Source of the DNA: Lingula anatina
Lineage: Eukaryota; Animalia; Brachiopoda
NCBI GenBank assembly: GCA_051362555.1
Contig: CM120640.1
Span: 38,976,788 to 39,040,787, forward strand
Length of the DNA stretch: 64,000 bases
Direction of reading: 5' to 3'
Shown here: piece by piece, positions 38,448-50,944 of the stretch
Layout: each line of letters begins with the position of its first letter
Numbering within the stretch: position 1 is the first letter of the stretch
Position numbers and translations under genes: made by a program
Notes under the pieces: generated by a model
The model's input: only the letters and a program-made list of their open reading frames with translations
The model's database searches: none
What the model was told of the DNA's origin: nothing

Positions 38448-40296
38448 GCTTTACGTAAATAAGACTTGAGTCCACATCCTAGCGTAACCTTTCACCGGGT
38501 GGCGTAAAATTTCAGAACATGTGCAATAAAAAAAAAAAAAAACTAAGCAAATAGAGCTAATGATATCGCTAGACTCTGTTTTTCGCGCTAACAATAGTAA
38601 GCTGAGATCACGTAAGAGCTGTAGTATTTATAACATTTTGATTTTTCAGAATTATTCATTTCGGATATGAGATATGAGCTGGAGAATAATCCCTAGCATT
38701 TTCAACCTAAATGCTGGTATGACGCGAGGTACAGTTCTGGATGCATGTATGCATGAAGTTACTAACAGGAGGTGAGATTGATACAAAAATAAGATTTTCT
38801 GACATCCAAATGCATGCAAACGAGCTAATTTCAACGGGCAATAGAGTACCCATCTTCGCGATCGTCAATACGATAACAGGTAAAGCTGTCGACAATTTAA
38901 TTTGCTATTTTGGACAATTAACTTCCCTGAAACGGTTTTTGCTCGTTTTCTTCGCTTTCAAGATTGACGAGATAGCGTTACTGGTTCGAACTATAACTGT
39001 CTGTCTACCTGTACACCCGAGGGAGACCAAATTCACCATGCTTATAAAGTAAAGTATGCACTACAAGTGCTTTTTTTTTTAATTTTTGATTAATCCTCTC
39101 TTTTCCAATTTATTGACTTTGAAAGTGAAAATTTCTTAATATATTGATGTAATTTCACGTTTTTATAGATAACATCAACAATGAGTCTCTAAAGAAAAAC
39201 CCCTGGCTCCCTTTTGTAGTACTTTGTTTAAGTGTTATAATACCATTAAAAGCATGATTATGGATTTCCAGGTGCCTGAGAAAATCAGACAACTAAAAAT
39301 GGTGTTTTTGTCCCCAAAATCCCAATATTACGTCACACGATGAAGTTGTGTTTCAAGCATAATTAGATGTTTTAAAGACACATTAAATGAATGTGACAGG
39401 AATAAAAAAGCTAAGACCTTTATTTTAAGAGAAAATCTCCAACCTACATTCCCACCTTAAGAAAACCCCAGTGGTAGGGACTATGAAGATCAGTTTTATG
39501 AAGGGGACAGAGCGGCTGTCGAAACAAATAATGATACCCGACGGTAGAAAGGAACAACATTAATTTACCATTGGGATATTCCTACTCTTTGACCACAGAG
39601 GTTGCCACTAATTTGTTTCAGATTGTTTATCAATTCTGTAGCAGGCTGTACTAGACGCCCCTGTGATATCTGAGGTAAGGAGAAGTTCAAGTAAAGCTAC
39701 ATACACTGGACAATAGAAGTGTCACCCCTACTGAACCAATACTTTGGGGGAGGTAAATGACTGTGGAATGATATGCTCCTGGTATCATTTTAGTAACATC
39801 AAATTTCACAAAAAGACCAACAATACAATTCCATGGTACAGCGGTTTTATACTTATTATTCACATTATAAGTAGATCAGGCATTATAACTTTGACTACTC
39901 TGATTCCGGGGGTGACACTTCTATTGTCCAGTGTGTGTGTACATACATGTATTTTAGAAAGTTTGAAACTTTTCAGATTCGCCAATGTTGACTAAATGAT
40001 CAAAGAATAAAATACCGTGGAGCGATGCTATGCGAAACACATATGGATTTTTGAAAAAATACATGATCGGTAAGAGAATTTTGATTCACTGCAAAAGGTT
40101 TGAATTTTTCAACTAGATAAATAATACATTTGGGGAATTATTTTTTATAATACTTTGATAACTGAGATTCTTTGTTGCTCATTTGATAATGCATGTTTTC
40201 AGGTGCACGCCTGGGCGTCTTGTTAGCAATAAAATGAATAATAATAACAACAACAGCAACAACAACAACAACAATAATAATAGCAACAACAACAAC

Positions 40297-40750
40297 AAGA
40301 ATAAATCCTAGGGGAACACAATTGCAATAGTGGTCCACACACCATTGGTACTACTGCATTCTTCTCTATCGCAATCTCTGGACTGGCTACCCATATTCTT
40401 GTTTTAATTGAAGAGAAGTTATCTTAAAAAAGATGTATAAACGCTAAAATAATGATTCTTACTATGAATTGTGCCTTCCCGGTGAACTTAATTTCACTTT
40501 ATGTTCCGCAAAAAATCTTTTAACAAATACAGGACTTGACAGAAAAAAAAGAAAAGTAATCCATCACATTAAAAACATCATGCATTAAAACTAGCATCCA
40601 AAATTATCTTCTATCCTAGATTAAAACAAGCTAGCTGGTTTCAATTTCAGTAGAGGCAACGGTAGTCAGCAGCAACACCAATTATTCACGCATTGCTCAC
40701 ATGTGCAGTAAGGTCAGTGTGCAACTCACCAACACACTGTGCGCATATAT
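40297..40750 (+). repeat. ~450-bp block repeated at 51350-51805
   Basis: AAGAATAAATCC.AGGGGAACACAATTGCAATAGTGGTCCACACACCATTGG...GCAACTCACCAAC.CACTGTGCG occurs in both places, each preceded by an (AAT/AAC)n tract. Confidence 0.85.
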
Positions 40751-41300
40751 CCTATACTTTATTCCTTTCTCTTGGTATCTACTTCCCCCCATTGAATTAA
40801 TGGACCTTCTTATTATTATTACTATGGTTATACTATTGTTTATAGATATTAACCAATAAATATTAATTGTCATTGGCAATCATTATTGATGCTATAAAAA
40901 GATTGAGTAGGTTTGGTGACGATGCACTTTCTTAACAAGTGTCGTCAGTTTACACTACTAATATAGGCCCTATTCATACCGTGCCGGTACCGATATTTCT
41001 TTAAATATAGCTATATCTGTCGGAAATGTAAAATATTAGATACAACTTTCAATAAATTTGATTTAATGCAAAAGTCAAACGAATTTGACTTTGTCTAAAT
41101 TTGTTTTTAAAAAACACGTGCAGTGGTTGTGGCTTTCATTTAGAGAAACATCCGTTTTGAATTTAAAGCTTACCTTTTTAGAGGCATTAGGTTAATTTCA
41201 TTGCTCAAGTACAATTTATCAAATTCATGCAGTTAAGATGGTTTACTCTCTTCCCTTCACTTTCCCAGCAAGCAGTGTGCCTACTCAGTTCAGCAGGGGC

Positions 41301-41640
41301 AATGTTTTAATTGTTGGGGATTCTACATGTATGCTTACTCATCTAAAAGAAAACTTCTTCATTTCTTTTTTCATTTTCGGACCTTCACACCAAAATATTA
41401 TCAATTTACGGTGCCAAAATTGAGCAGGTTTGTTCAGGCAGACAAAAAGCAAACCTGTCTCTCGCAAATTTTAAAATTTCAGTATTGCATGTCGGCACCA
41501 ATAACATCAATTTACCCAGAGAAACTGTCAGCAGTTGTCTCCCAAAATTCCGCGCACCAATTTCTAAGGTTTGTGGTGTGAACCCCAACATCAAGTTTTG
41601 TATTTCTGCAGTAATACCCCGTGAGGTAGACAAATTAAAA
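41301..41640 (+). pseudogene. Remnant of LINE ORF1 SGNH/GDSL esterase domain
   Basis: Frameshifted blocks NVLIVGDS, IYGAKIEQV, LHVGTNN and FCISAVIPR occur in the order expected for the SGNH domain of CR1/L2/RTE-X ORF1. Confidence 0.7.
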
Positions 41641-42817
41641 CCCATCACTCATCCTTTGGCACAAAAGCAATTTATCACTTCTTTGAACACAAATACAGCT
41701 TGTTGAATGAAAGCCTGTTTTTTTCATTGTCAATCTCTGCTCTCTCTCTCTCTCTCTCTCTATTTTTTTTTTTTTTTTGACAGTTCTGAGATATTCCAAA
41801 TGCCCCAAGCTGAATAATTATTGGCACGTGATTGGCTGCATTTGACTTTTTTTAGGTATGTCATAAGATTAAAGGGATAACAACTGTTCATTTTGGCAAA
41901 AAATGAATTTTCCTGGGGTAAATGGCAATTTCCCCATACTTACCAATGGATAATGAATCCATTTCTACATTCAAAGTTAGTCCCTGTTTTTTTTCTAAAG
42001 AGTTTGTTTTTTTTTGTAATAATCTCTTATTTTTTATACTCAGTTAAAGAATGTGAAATATTTTTTTCAAACTCTTAAATACTTCCTCCTGCTCTTTAAA
42101 AATGTATTTGTAAGTGTCAAGTGTTGGCCCATTCACATACAGTACTTCTAACTCCCAAGACTTGAATAAAGTGTTCATATAATGACAGGCTTGACAATAT
42201 TAACATCACTGTTGCAAATTTATGTTTTAATGTAAAAAAAAAAAAAAAAAAAAAAAAATTGAGGTGGATTTCAATGTCATCAGATTTTTATATTGTCGTT
42301 AGTTTGATCTAGGCCTAGACTATCGTTTGGAAAATTACTAACTAATTAAATTTAATGTTTTTGCAACATGAGATTATCCTTAATTTTGCTGGTTCACGTG
42401 TAGGCCTACACAGTACCTTGCTAACAATTCTGCTCTCCTCCCACCCCCAATTCGCCTTGGACAGGCTGACCACATCGTTTCAAATAACGTTTGTATGATC
42501 CTCTAAATTTGGCGTGGCAGTTTCGCCCCGGGTACATCGCCTTCGGTTAAAAACAACGTATTGTTTTTACTCATCTTTGCATTGCTGCCCGGCCAATGAA
42601 AAAGCGTATGTGTAATTACGCACAACTTATGACGTTTAAAGCGCGCAAATTTATTCGTAGCGCGACGTAACGCAATGGCGCGAGAAAACGACGACACATC
42701 ACTACGCCAGTATGTGTCCCACTGGAACAATAAAACTTACGTCATCTGTGACGTAAGTAATAAAGATCTAGGGCGTCTGAGCGTCGCTACCTAGAAAAAC
42801 CGGCAAGCTAGGCAAGC

Positions 42818-42851
42818 TATATACAGCTGATACACTACAGACCGAGTCAGT
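42818..42851 (+). promoter_or_regulatory. Putative TATA + Inr core promoter of CA-2
   Basis: TATATACA at 42818 and TCAGT with its A at 42849 (31-bp spacing); ATG at 42904. Confidence 0.6.
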
Positions 42852-42903
42852 ATTAACGTGCCCCGCATTTCAGCCTGGTTTCCAATTTACAAATCGTCGG
42901 GAA

Positions 42904-45900
42904 ATGAATTTTCTATTGTCACTCATCTGCGTTGCGGTGAGTTTTTCGGTAGCTAAGGGCGACGGTGCAGGTAAGGCATCCGTTTAATAATCTGATTTAA
43001 TTTTTTCAGTTACGTTAAAAATACACGTGTACGCTGTACCTGTGGTTTTTGCTTATTCGACAAGTTGTTATTATGTTTGATAGTGAATTATGCATTTGCG
43101 CACAAAGAGGGTGTTAATTCTAATATGTATGGCATAGATCTAGTGTTATTGTAAATAAAACGTAGAAATTATTCCTCACTGCACGAGTTACTTTTCTACT
43201 TAAATTTGGTAGACTATCGCATAAGCTCTCGTAAGTGACAACAACACACTGACAACAGCCAGAATAAACCGTATATTCCTGAAATTTAAATATATATCAC
43301 AAGAAATTAACCATGCTTCTACTTGATATAAGAAATTTTGTACAGTATCACAATCCCAAAGTATATGGTATATTGTTTCTACCTCATCGTGGCAAAATGT
43401 GCACATAGGTGATTGAGAAAGGCCAGTTTTATAGGCGAAGTTATTTGTGAAGAATTCGATAGAATATTCGAAACTGGAACCACAGCATTTTTGTGTCCTT
43501 TACTGACACACGATTTTTCTTATATATTTTTTCCCAAAAAATTTGATCCCGAGGAATAAAAAAATGACCATTTTTCCTCAGAAATAGACTTAGCATTCGA
43601 GCTATATAATATATCGTACATATCTTTTGAGCCCCTTGTATGTTTTACGATAGCTCGTACACTTGTATACTTTCTGGTTGCCACGGACCGTAAGTTTTGG
43701 GTTTATGCGGATTATCGTTTTTACTTTACAGATCATTTATCGTTGCAATAGTACCATTGTATTGTAAAAAAGATGATTTTAATGTTAATGAGTTCAATAA
43801 ATTCTTTATATGAATATAGTCTACCATTTTCATTAATAAGATCATTCACATGTCTATATCCATTGCCATACATACCTTTATGGAACATCGACGCTTTATT
43901 TACCCGCAAAGAGTTATTGTACCATAATGGGACTTTGTTCAACTTGGTAATTTGTTCTTGCTTTTTCAACAATTCCCGCCAAGCTAGAAAAACGTCCTTC
44001 CAAAATAAATTCTGTGTGCCAGTTTGACAGAAACGGAAATACAGTTTAACATCAAGTCTTTATGCAAAGGGATGTTTTGCCAAATACCGTCCGTATTTAT
44101 CAACCTCACCCATGTTAATTTTAATGCCATTATTGAAGCTTCTATGTTTATCATATTTAGATGGGTTAGGTAGTGAAATAAAAAGATGATTAAATTTAGA
44201 TATTATGAGACTTTTAATTACTGGTTTCAAAATTCGTCTTTCCCATTGTTTAAGTAATCGTTCAGTACTTTCAATTTTTCCTAACTTGTTCTAAGTCTTT
44301 TCCTAAGTTAATGCTTTTGAGTCTTATTTCATTGAAATCTTTATTGGCTTCCTAGTTATGCAGTTAGACCTTTCTGCCTCCCACTCCTCAGTCTCCTCTC
44401 TTTCTCTCCCCCTTAAAGTCAAACACCAACGCATATATGTACATATATACATATACATATCACTGAAATACTTTTTATTCTGATTTTTTTTCAGTATGGT
44501 CGTATTCAGGCAATACAGGTAAATAAACATCTTCATTCCTAAATAAGATTAATTTTTTAACTTCATTAATTGCAACACTGGTGCACTGGACAATATCGTT
44601 TTATTCGTGAATGAAGAATAAGATAAGCACAACTTTCCAACTGACAATCGATTACTACGTATGTTATACAAATATGCATTCTCATATCGCAGGACCAGCT
44701 GCCTGGAAAAACCTGACCGGTTATTCAGAGTGCGGTAATAACGCCCAGTCCCCCGTCAACATAGTGACTGCCGACGTCCAGGTTGATTCTACCCTTGACG
44801 ATCTCGTCCTCACCAATTACGACGATTCCTCTACTAAAACTTGGACATTGTCCAACAATGGACACGCTGGTGAGTGGTCGTTTTCTTTTTTATTGGCATG
44901 ATGTCATTTGTTTTGTCAGTATTGTTTTTTTTTATTTTCTTATAAACGTAAACACAATTATTTATATATAAATGAACATCAAAAATATATTTAACTGATT
45001 ACAACAGTGTTTTTATGTAATAGTGATTAGTATAACCAGTTAGGATTGTAAGGCTCTGCCACATCAAGCGGTATGCTTTTTTGATACAATCAGTGCCGGT
45101 GTGACATTAGAGGAACTCCGTAGTCCTGTATGATCAGTACAGGTGAGGGTTAGCCGGGCTTACTATAAGGGACGAATTTCACCTGTACAAAGTAATGGGA
45201 AAGGGACTACGGTTCTTAGCTACCATTTCTGTCCCACTAGATCCTAACATGTAATTATAGGGAGTTTTACTTGTTTTCACAAGTTCGCTTCTTACTGTTT
45301 AGGTTGATGTGGAGAACGTTGCATTATGTATACATCAAAAATAATTAAAGGAATAAAATTGAAATCTAGTGAGCTCGTAGCTGGGAGAGGCCTGTAATTA
45401 TAAAAGTGAACTTCCAACTACATGTACTGTTACAATTCTAAGAATTGGCTGTGCTGGATCGTGACTGCGCACGTGCGGGACGGGAAGGGATGTGTGAATT
45501 GAATATGCGCCACCAACCCTAGCAGTTTTTTCAGACACTACACATTTCCCATTTCTTATTTCTTACAGTGAAAGTCGATGTGGATGATGGCGGTTATCGA
45601 CTGAACAGCAATAAGTTCTCACACGCATATAAACTGGCGCAGTTTCACTGGCATTGGGGTAACGGAAGCACCGAGGGTTCGGAGCACACTATCGATGGTA
45701 CTGAATACCCACTGGAGGTACGTGTTTAGTTGTCAAGCTAATTTGATATTGCCATAGGACCTTAATGAATTTTAATACAAGTAGATGTGAAATGGAAACC
45801 ATTAAAAAGTTGTGGAGTGAGTCCGAGTGAGCCAATAAGTGCGTGTTTGCGTACAGAGTGCACCTCTGCGTGCCTATAGTTCGTCTATGCCCAAACCTGT

Positions 45901-46929
45901 TTGTGGACAGTATTTTTAACCTCTCGGATATTATGGATGGAAATAAAATGGTAAATACATATTTTTTTCTATTTCAGATGCATTTCGTCCATTACTCAAC
46001 TGCTTACAATGCTATCGGCGATGCCATATCCCAATCAAAAGGTCTTGCGGCTCTGGGCGTCATGTTTACAGTAAGTAAAATACCTTGTCGCTCTTTCCGT
46101 CACATTAACACTATATAAAATATTATAAGGCATTACTAATGTATAATACATCTCATGAAAAGTTCACATTAAGAAAATAACGCTAAATCAATACCTTTTA
46201 CAACATAACTTTCACTTGCATAAATTTGCATCAATAAATTGTATTTAGTCGGTATTCATTTCTTATTATGAAGACTCTGTTTTAGTTTTACTATTTTTTC
46301 ACAATTTGTTATTAAATGTAAATATAGTTTTCTTCATCGTCGTATTTATGTTGAAGTAACAGCTACACGCGCCTCATTACATTTAGATTCAGTCCAGCGA
46401 CAATCAGGCTTTGAAACCAATTTTTGATCTGCTTCCAAACATACAATCTTCAGGTTGGTATAATATTCTATAAAACGTAATTATCATTCATTTATCATGT
46501 TAAAAACAACCTTGAATCAGCGATTGAAGTGCATAATGTGCTTTTGTATGTAATAAGTAGCAGTTTGTTTCCACAACGCGCAGTAGTTTACACAGAGTAA
46601 AAATTTTAGTTACGTAGGCAAAGTAAATGAATAAATAAAATTAATTAATTAACCTCATTTTTCAAATTAATAGGTTCTTCGCATACTTTTAACTATACCG
46701 GCAGCCTGATGAGCTTCCTGCCAAGCGATAAGTCGTATTACCGGTACATGGGCAGTTTGACGACTCCAGCTTGCCAAGAGTCCGTTGTGTGGACATTACT
46801 TCAAACGCCAGTCGGTATTTCTGAGGCTCAGGTGTGTACAGGATTTATTCATTATGTTTGCAAGTTTCTAGTGGGTTGTGAAAATGCAAATTTTGATTCC
46901 TTCCTTGGTGTGTGTTTTGTGCGTGTGTG

Positions 46930-46972
<43 letters not shown>

Positions 46973-47252
46973 GAGAGACGGTGATAGTCATTTTTTTCCT
47001 GAGAAGTCAAAATATTTTGAAAAAAATTAAAATTCGCTTACATATTTCTTATTCCAGATGAACCTACTTAGGACTAACCCAATGTTCGAAAACAACGGAG
47101 GCTATATGGTGAATAATTACCGCCCTCCTCAGCCTCTGAACGGGAGGACAATCTCCAAACCGGGCACCGCAGGCTCCAGTGCAGGTCAAGTCGTCCATTC
47201 CGTCGCAGCTTTTGTCCTCACGATGGTTGCAGCAGCCTTATGGTTTCTTTAA
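42904..47252 (+). CDS. Alpha-carbonic anhydrase CA-2, recent duplicate of CA-1, secreted/GPI-anchored type (~309 aa)
   Basis: Exons 42904-42970 (signal [19 protein letters not shown]), 44495-44518, 44693-44869, 45569-45717, 45978-46070, 46387-46453, 46674-46831, 47058-47252; same lengths and phases as CA-1a; HWH, GSEH, E-MHFVH and GSLTTPAC are intact. Confidence 0.9.
43259..44306 (-). mobile_element. L1/Tx1-clade LINE ORF2 C-terminal fragment in CA-2 intron 1
   Basis: Remnant peptides [48 protein letters not shown] and [18 protein letters not shown] (zf-RVT CCHC), with frameshifts. Confidence 0.85.
46933..46978. repeat. (GA)n microsatellite in CA-2 intron 7
   Basis: Longer than the homologous tract in CA-1 intron 7 (~32245-32266). 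Confidence 0.95.
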
Positions 47253-48847
47253 GTAATTGTATATGTTATATCAAATACTCTAAAATCAGATATCAAACTT
47301 ACAAAACGTATGCAATGGTTGAATGCACAATTTCTATTCCCGATTCCGAAAAATGTTACATACAGTTTTAATGTGAAAAGAATTGTTGTTGTCTTACTTG
47401 CCAAACTAACTGCTGAGAAAATGAATTTATACTGCACTTATGCGTCATATTAGCATGTTTCCAAATGAAAACTATACCAAAGAAAATAATTTAGAGGCCA
47501 AAAGAGAGGCAGCCAAGGGCACGTTTCGGTATGACTATTAAAAACTGCAGGTTTAATATGAACAGAGTCTATTAATAAACACACAAAGTCCTACAGTATG
47601 ACACAGCTGACCATGTGCGGATTTGACTGACGGCACAAGTTTACATACATGGCACATAATCATAGATAAAGAGTTTTTAATGTTGCTTTTGGGCCATGGA
47701 GCCAATACAAGGCAAAACAAAAATATTCAACGTTAATTATACATCTAATTTCTTGATACGAAGGCTTTTAGGAAACCGTATGTTCTATTTTGCGCGTTAT
47801 ATCTCTTATGCAACGATTATGTTATGAAACAGAAGAACGATCTGAAATAAAAAAGATGTCAAGTTGAGCCTTTCTATTGATATATATATATATATATATA
47901 ACATGTTTCGTGATTATCTAGCTTGGTCGGTTGAGAAGATATATATAAACATCCCCATCCCCCGCCCACACTAATTTCAAAATCTCACTATCTCCACATC
48001 TGGTTTCTATCAAGCGCGTTCAGAGCTTGGGATAAACATACCGGTATAGCTCCTCGGGCCAGGAAATCAGGAGAGGGGGAGTAGAGAGGAGCATGTCTTC
48101 TCAATATGGAAATCTATATATTTTTGGTAATTTCCTTTTTAACATTTACGAACACTATAAAATACCCTTTCTCGAATTAATATCAGGTTCACACATTTCT
48201 GTAAATGTCCTGAATCTAAATGCTAATTAATGTAAAATGTCAGAGACTTTAATTTATGACGATAGAGAGAGGTAAAGGGCCTTAATTGTGCTCCTGCACC
48301 ACCTCTCTCTTTGTTGGGAGGAACATGGCTTCTCTACCCTAGGTTCTAGATTTCACGACAGTGGATGGTATAATTGAGCAAATGAGGAATTCCCAGCTGC
48401 AGTCATAGAAGGATGGCGACATAAACACAAAATTAGTATTTCAGTGACAGAGAAATTCAGAAGCTACATTATTTCATTTTGATTTAGAAATTGAAAGGTT
48501 AAAATATGTTAGCTTTGCTGTTGCCTTGGATAGCAATAAAATCGTAAATGCATTCGGAATCAAAATATCATTATAGTATGTTTAAAAATTAAAATATTTG
48601 ATTGATTAATGCCTGTTGAAAAAAGCGTTGGAGGCAGTACGTATTCCAGTTGATGGATTTGAACACCTTTGTTATTCAAACTTTTTGAGTCCGAAAATAA
48701 TGCCAGAATTGCATCTTTAATGCCAACATTGTTTTCTTTTTTATAATTTTTCAACAGTGTCCTCAACTTTATGACCTTCTTATTTATAGTTACACCATGT
48801 GATATTATATAAGTTAAGTAAGCTTACATCTTGTAGTTTAGAGAACC

Positions 48848-49204
48848 GACCGGATGGCCTTGTGGTTAGAGTGTCCGCCTCCGGAGCGGGAGGACGTGGG
48901 TTCAAATCCCGTCCGGGGACATACCAGTCCTTAATAAACGGTACCTGCTGTCTCCCCGCTTGGCACTCAGCATAAAGGGGTTGAAGCAGGGGCCTGGTCA
49001 GGCAGGTTGGAAATGTTATATTAGCTATGAGCGCCTTATATGGCAGCCGAGCTGTATGCTCCCCAGGGAGGTGAGACCGCCTACGGAGTGCACCAGTGCA
49101 AAAATAACCAGGCTTCCTTGACTTAAATATTCATATATGTAATTGTATAACTTCAACCTTCGGGTTGCGATTTCTCCAATAAAGATTATTATTATTATTA
49201 TTAT
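48848..49204 (+). mobile_element. tRNA-derived SINE (tRNA-Arg(CCG)-like head; Meta-SINE-like core)
   Basis: Box A TGGCCTTGTGG and box B GGTTCAAATCC; anticodon-like arm TCCGC-CTCCGGA-GCGGG; then CATACC...GGTACCTGCTG...GCTTGGCACTCAGCA (recalled Meta-core-like); (ATT)n tail at ~49185-49204. Confidence 0.8.
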
Positions 49205-49212
49205 GAAGTGTG

Positions 49213-50315
49213 AGATAATACACTGTCACCCGAGCGATATATGCCATAACACCTCGAGCGTCAGCGAGAGGTGTTCATGGCATATATCGCGAGAGGGTGA
49301 CAGTGTATTATTTGACATACATACCGAGAACAAATACAGTCATTTCATCCTAAAACACCCCTAAAACCGAATAAAGTGACCCTATATCACGCTCTAGAGA
49401 TGTTATATGAAATAAACTCGTCCACGTGCGCTGGTCACCTCCCGCCAAATTCTTACGTAATGCCTGACCAATTTGGTCATTTTTTGCTAAATACTTGTCA
49501 TGAACGTTCAACTGGCGTGAAAAGTATTTAATCAATCGTCGACACTGACCATGCGCGTCTCAGCTGAGCCACACCTAGCTGGACCTGCTGCAGAAAAAGG
49601 TCCCACGGCAAAACCTCTACTTTTAAGTGACATTTCTTATAAACAAGGAGCGTCGGACCGGTGATATTTCTGACAACGAGGCAGTTTCGGAATATAGTCA
49701 AAATCAAACAGATGTGTATTACAAGTTCACAGGAGTAATAATTCTAATTTTTATTGTTATTTCTGACGACGAGGCGGTTACGGAATATAGTCAAAATCAA
49801 ACGGATGTTTATTTCAAGTTCACGGGAGTAATAATTCTAGTTTTTATTGTTCTTTCTGACGACGAGGCGGTTACGGAATATAGTCAAAATCAAACGGATG
49901 TTTATTCCAAGTTCACGGGAGTAATAATTCTAGTTTTTATTGTTATTTCTGACGACGAGGCGGTTACGGAATATAGTCAAAATCAAACGGATGTTTATTT
50001 CAAGGTCACAGGAGTAATAATTCTACGTTTTGGTGACATGTTTTACTACGAGGGGGTTTCGGAATATACATGTGCTGGTTTCATAGCATGGAGCATGCTT
50101 CATGTAATTACAAGTTCAAAGGGGGAAATATTTGATTTTTACCGATATATCTGGTAAAGAGGAAGAATGAACAGCTTAAAAACAAAAGGTAAATAACACA
50201 GCCCTCGTTAAAAAGTTATAGATTTACAAAAAAAAATGTGTACGCACGTGTGGCTTAAATGTAAACTAATTCCCGTTTTCAAACCATATCCATATGGTAT
50301 GAATTAGTGTAATAA
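49213..50315 (+). mobile_element. Crypton-like element with 5' hairpin and internal minisatellite
   Basis: Palindrome 49215-49311, then CATACC (49320) with a matching GGTATG near 50296; right boundary uncertain. Confidence 0.4.
49666..50068. repeat. 93-bp minisatellite, ~4.3 copies
   Basis: Unit ATTTCTGACGACGAGGCGGTTACGGAATATAGTCAAAATCAAACGGATGTTTATTTCAAGTTCACGGGAGTAATAATTCTAGTTTTTATTGTT. Confidence 0.95.
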
Positions 50316-50944
50316 AATTATAATTAATAATTGTTAAGCGTGAAATGTTTATGCAAATTTTTTAAGAGGGAGAGATTTTAAATTTGTCTACTGGTAGATA
50401 TATAACGCAAGCAACGTCACTATTCTCTTGATGCCAAGAAGGTCTCACGATCAATCTGTCTTTGACTTCCAGCATTTAAGAGACCTCGACTGATTTAATC
50501 AAGATGTAGTCGTGAAATTCTAGACTACATCGAGGTTAAATCCGAGTTTTCCGAGAGACGCTACGCAGAAATGTCGAGTGAAGCGAGATATTTTTGGGTA
50601 GCGGCTCGAGGATGCCCTCGATCTTCACTGAAGCTTGTCTAAATGGACAGGCTTCAGTGATCATCATATCGCCACAGCAAATAACATCCCTAGGTATGTA
50701 TGAAATACAAGAGCCCTAATACATATTATATGAACCTTAAAATGTTGATATTCTAAGCTTTCGTCTCTATGCTTAAATATCGTAAAATATGAATAACATA
50801 AAATGTGAAATTATTAATATTTAAAAATCTATATTAAAAAATCTAATCGGTCATTTGTCAATATTATTAGCGACTGCACTAGATAGATCCCCAGGGCAAC
50901 TTTTTACATCATCCTTGTGGCTCTGTGACATCTGGTTTACCCCC

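Larger units (their letters stand above)
36199..39456. mobile_element. Kolobok-like non-autonomous element with ~600-700-bp TIRs
   Basis: TTAA|GGTGGAAATGT... and ...ACATTCCCACC|TTAA. Arms 36199-36582 plus 37419-37622 versus 38756-39456 are inverted homologues. RR termini with a TTAA TSD are typical of Kolobok. Confidence 0.8.

Noticed and set aside
44307-47421. Initial idea that CA-2 is a headless duplicate sharing CA-1's first exon
   Set aside because: A phase-1 signal-peptide exon with TATA+Inr exists at 42904-42970, so CA-2 is complete.
48848-48920. tRNA-Arg(CCG) gene
   Set aside because: The acceptor stem is imperfect, there is no T-run terminator, and it continues into a SINE body and tail.
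49666-50068. CRISPR-like array
   Set aside because: Units are contiguous tandem copies with no unique spacers; eukaryotic context and no cas genes.
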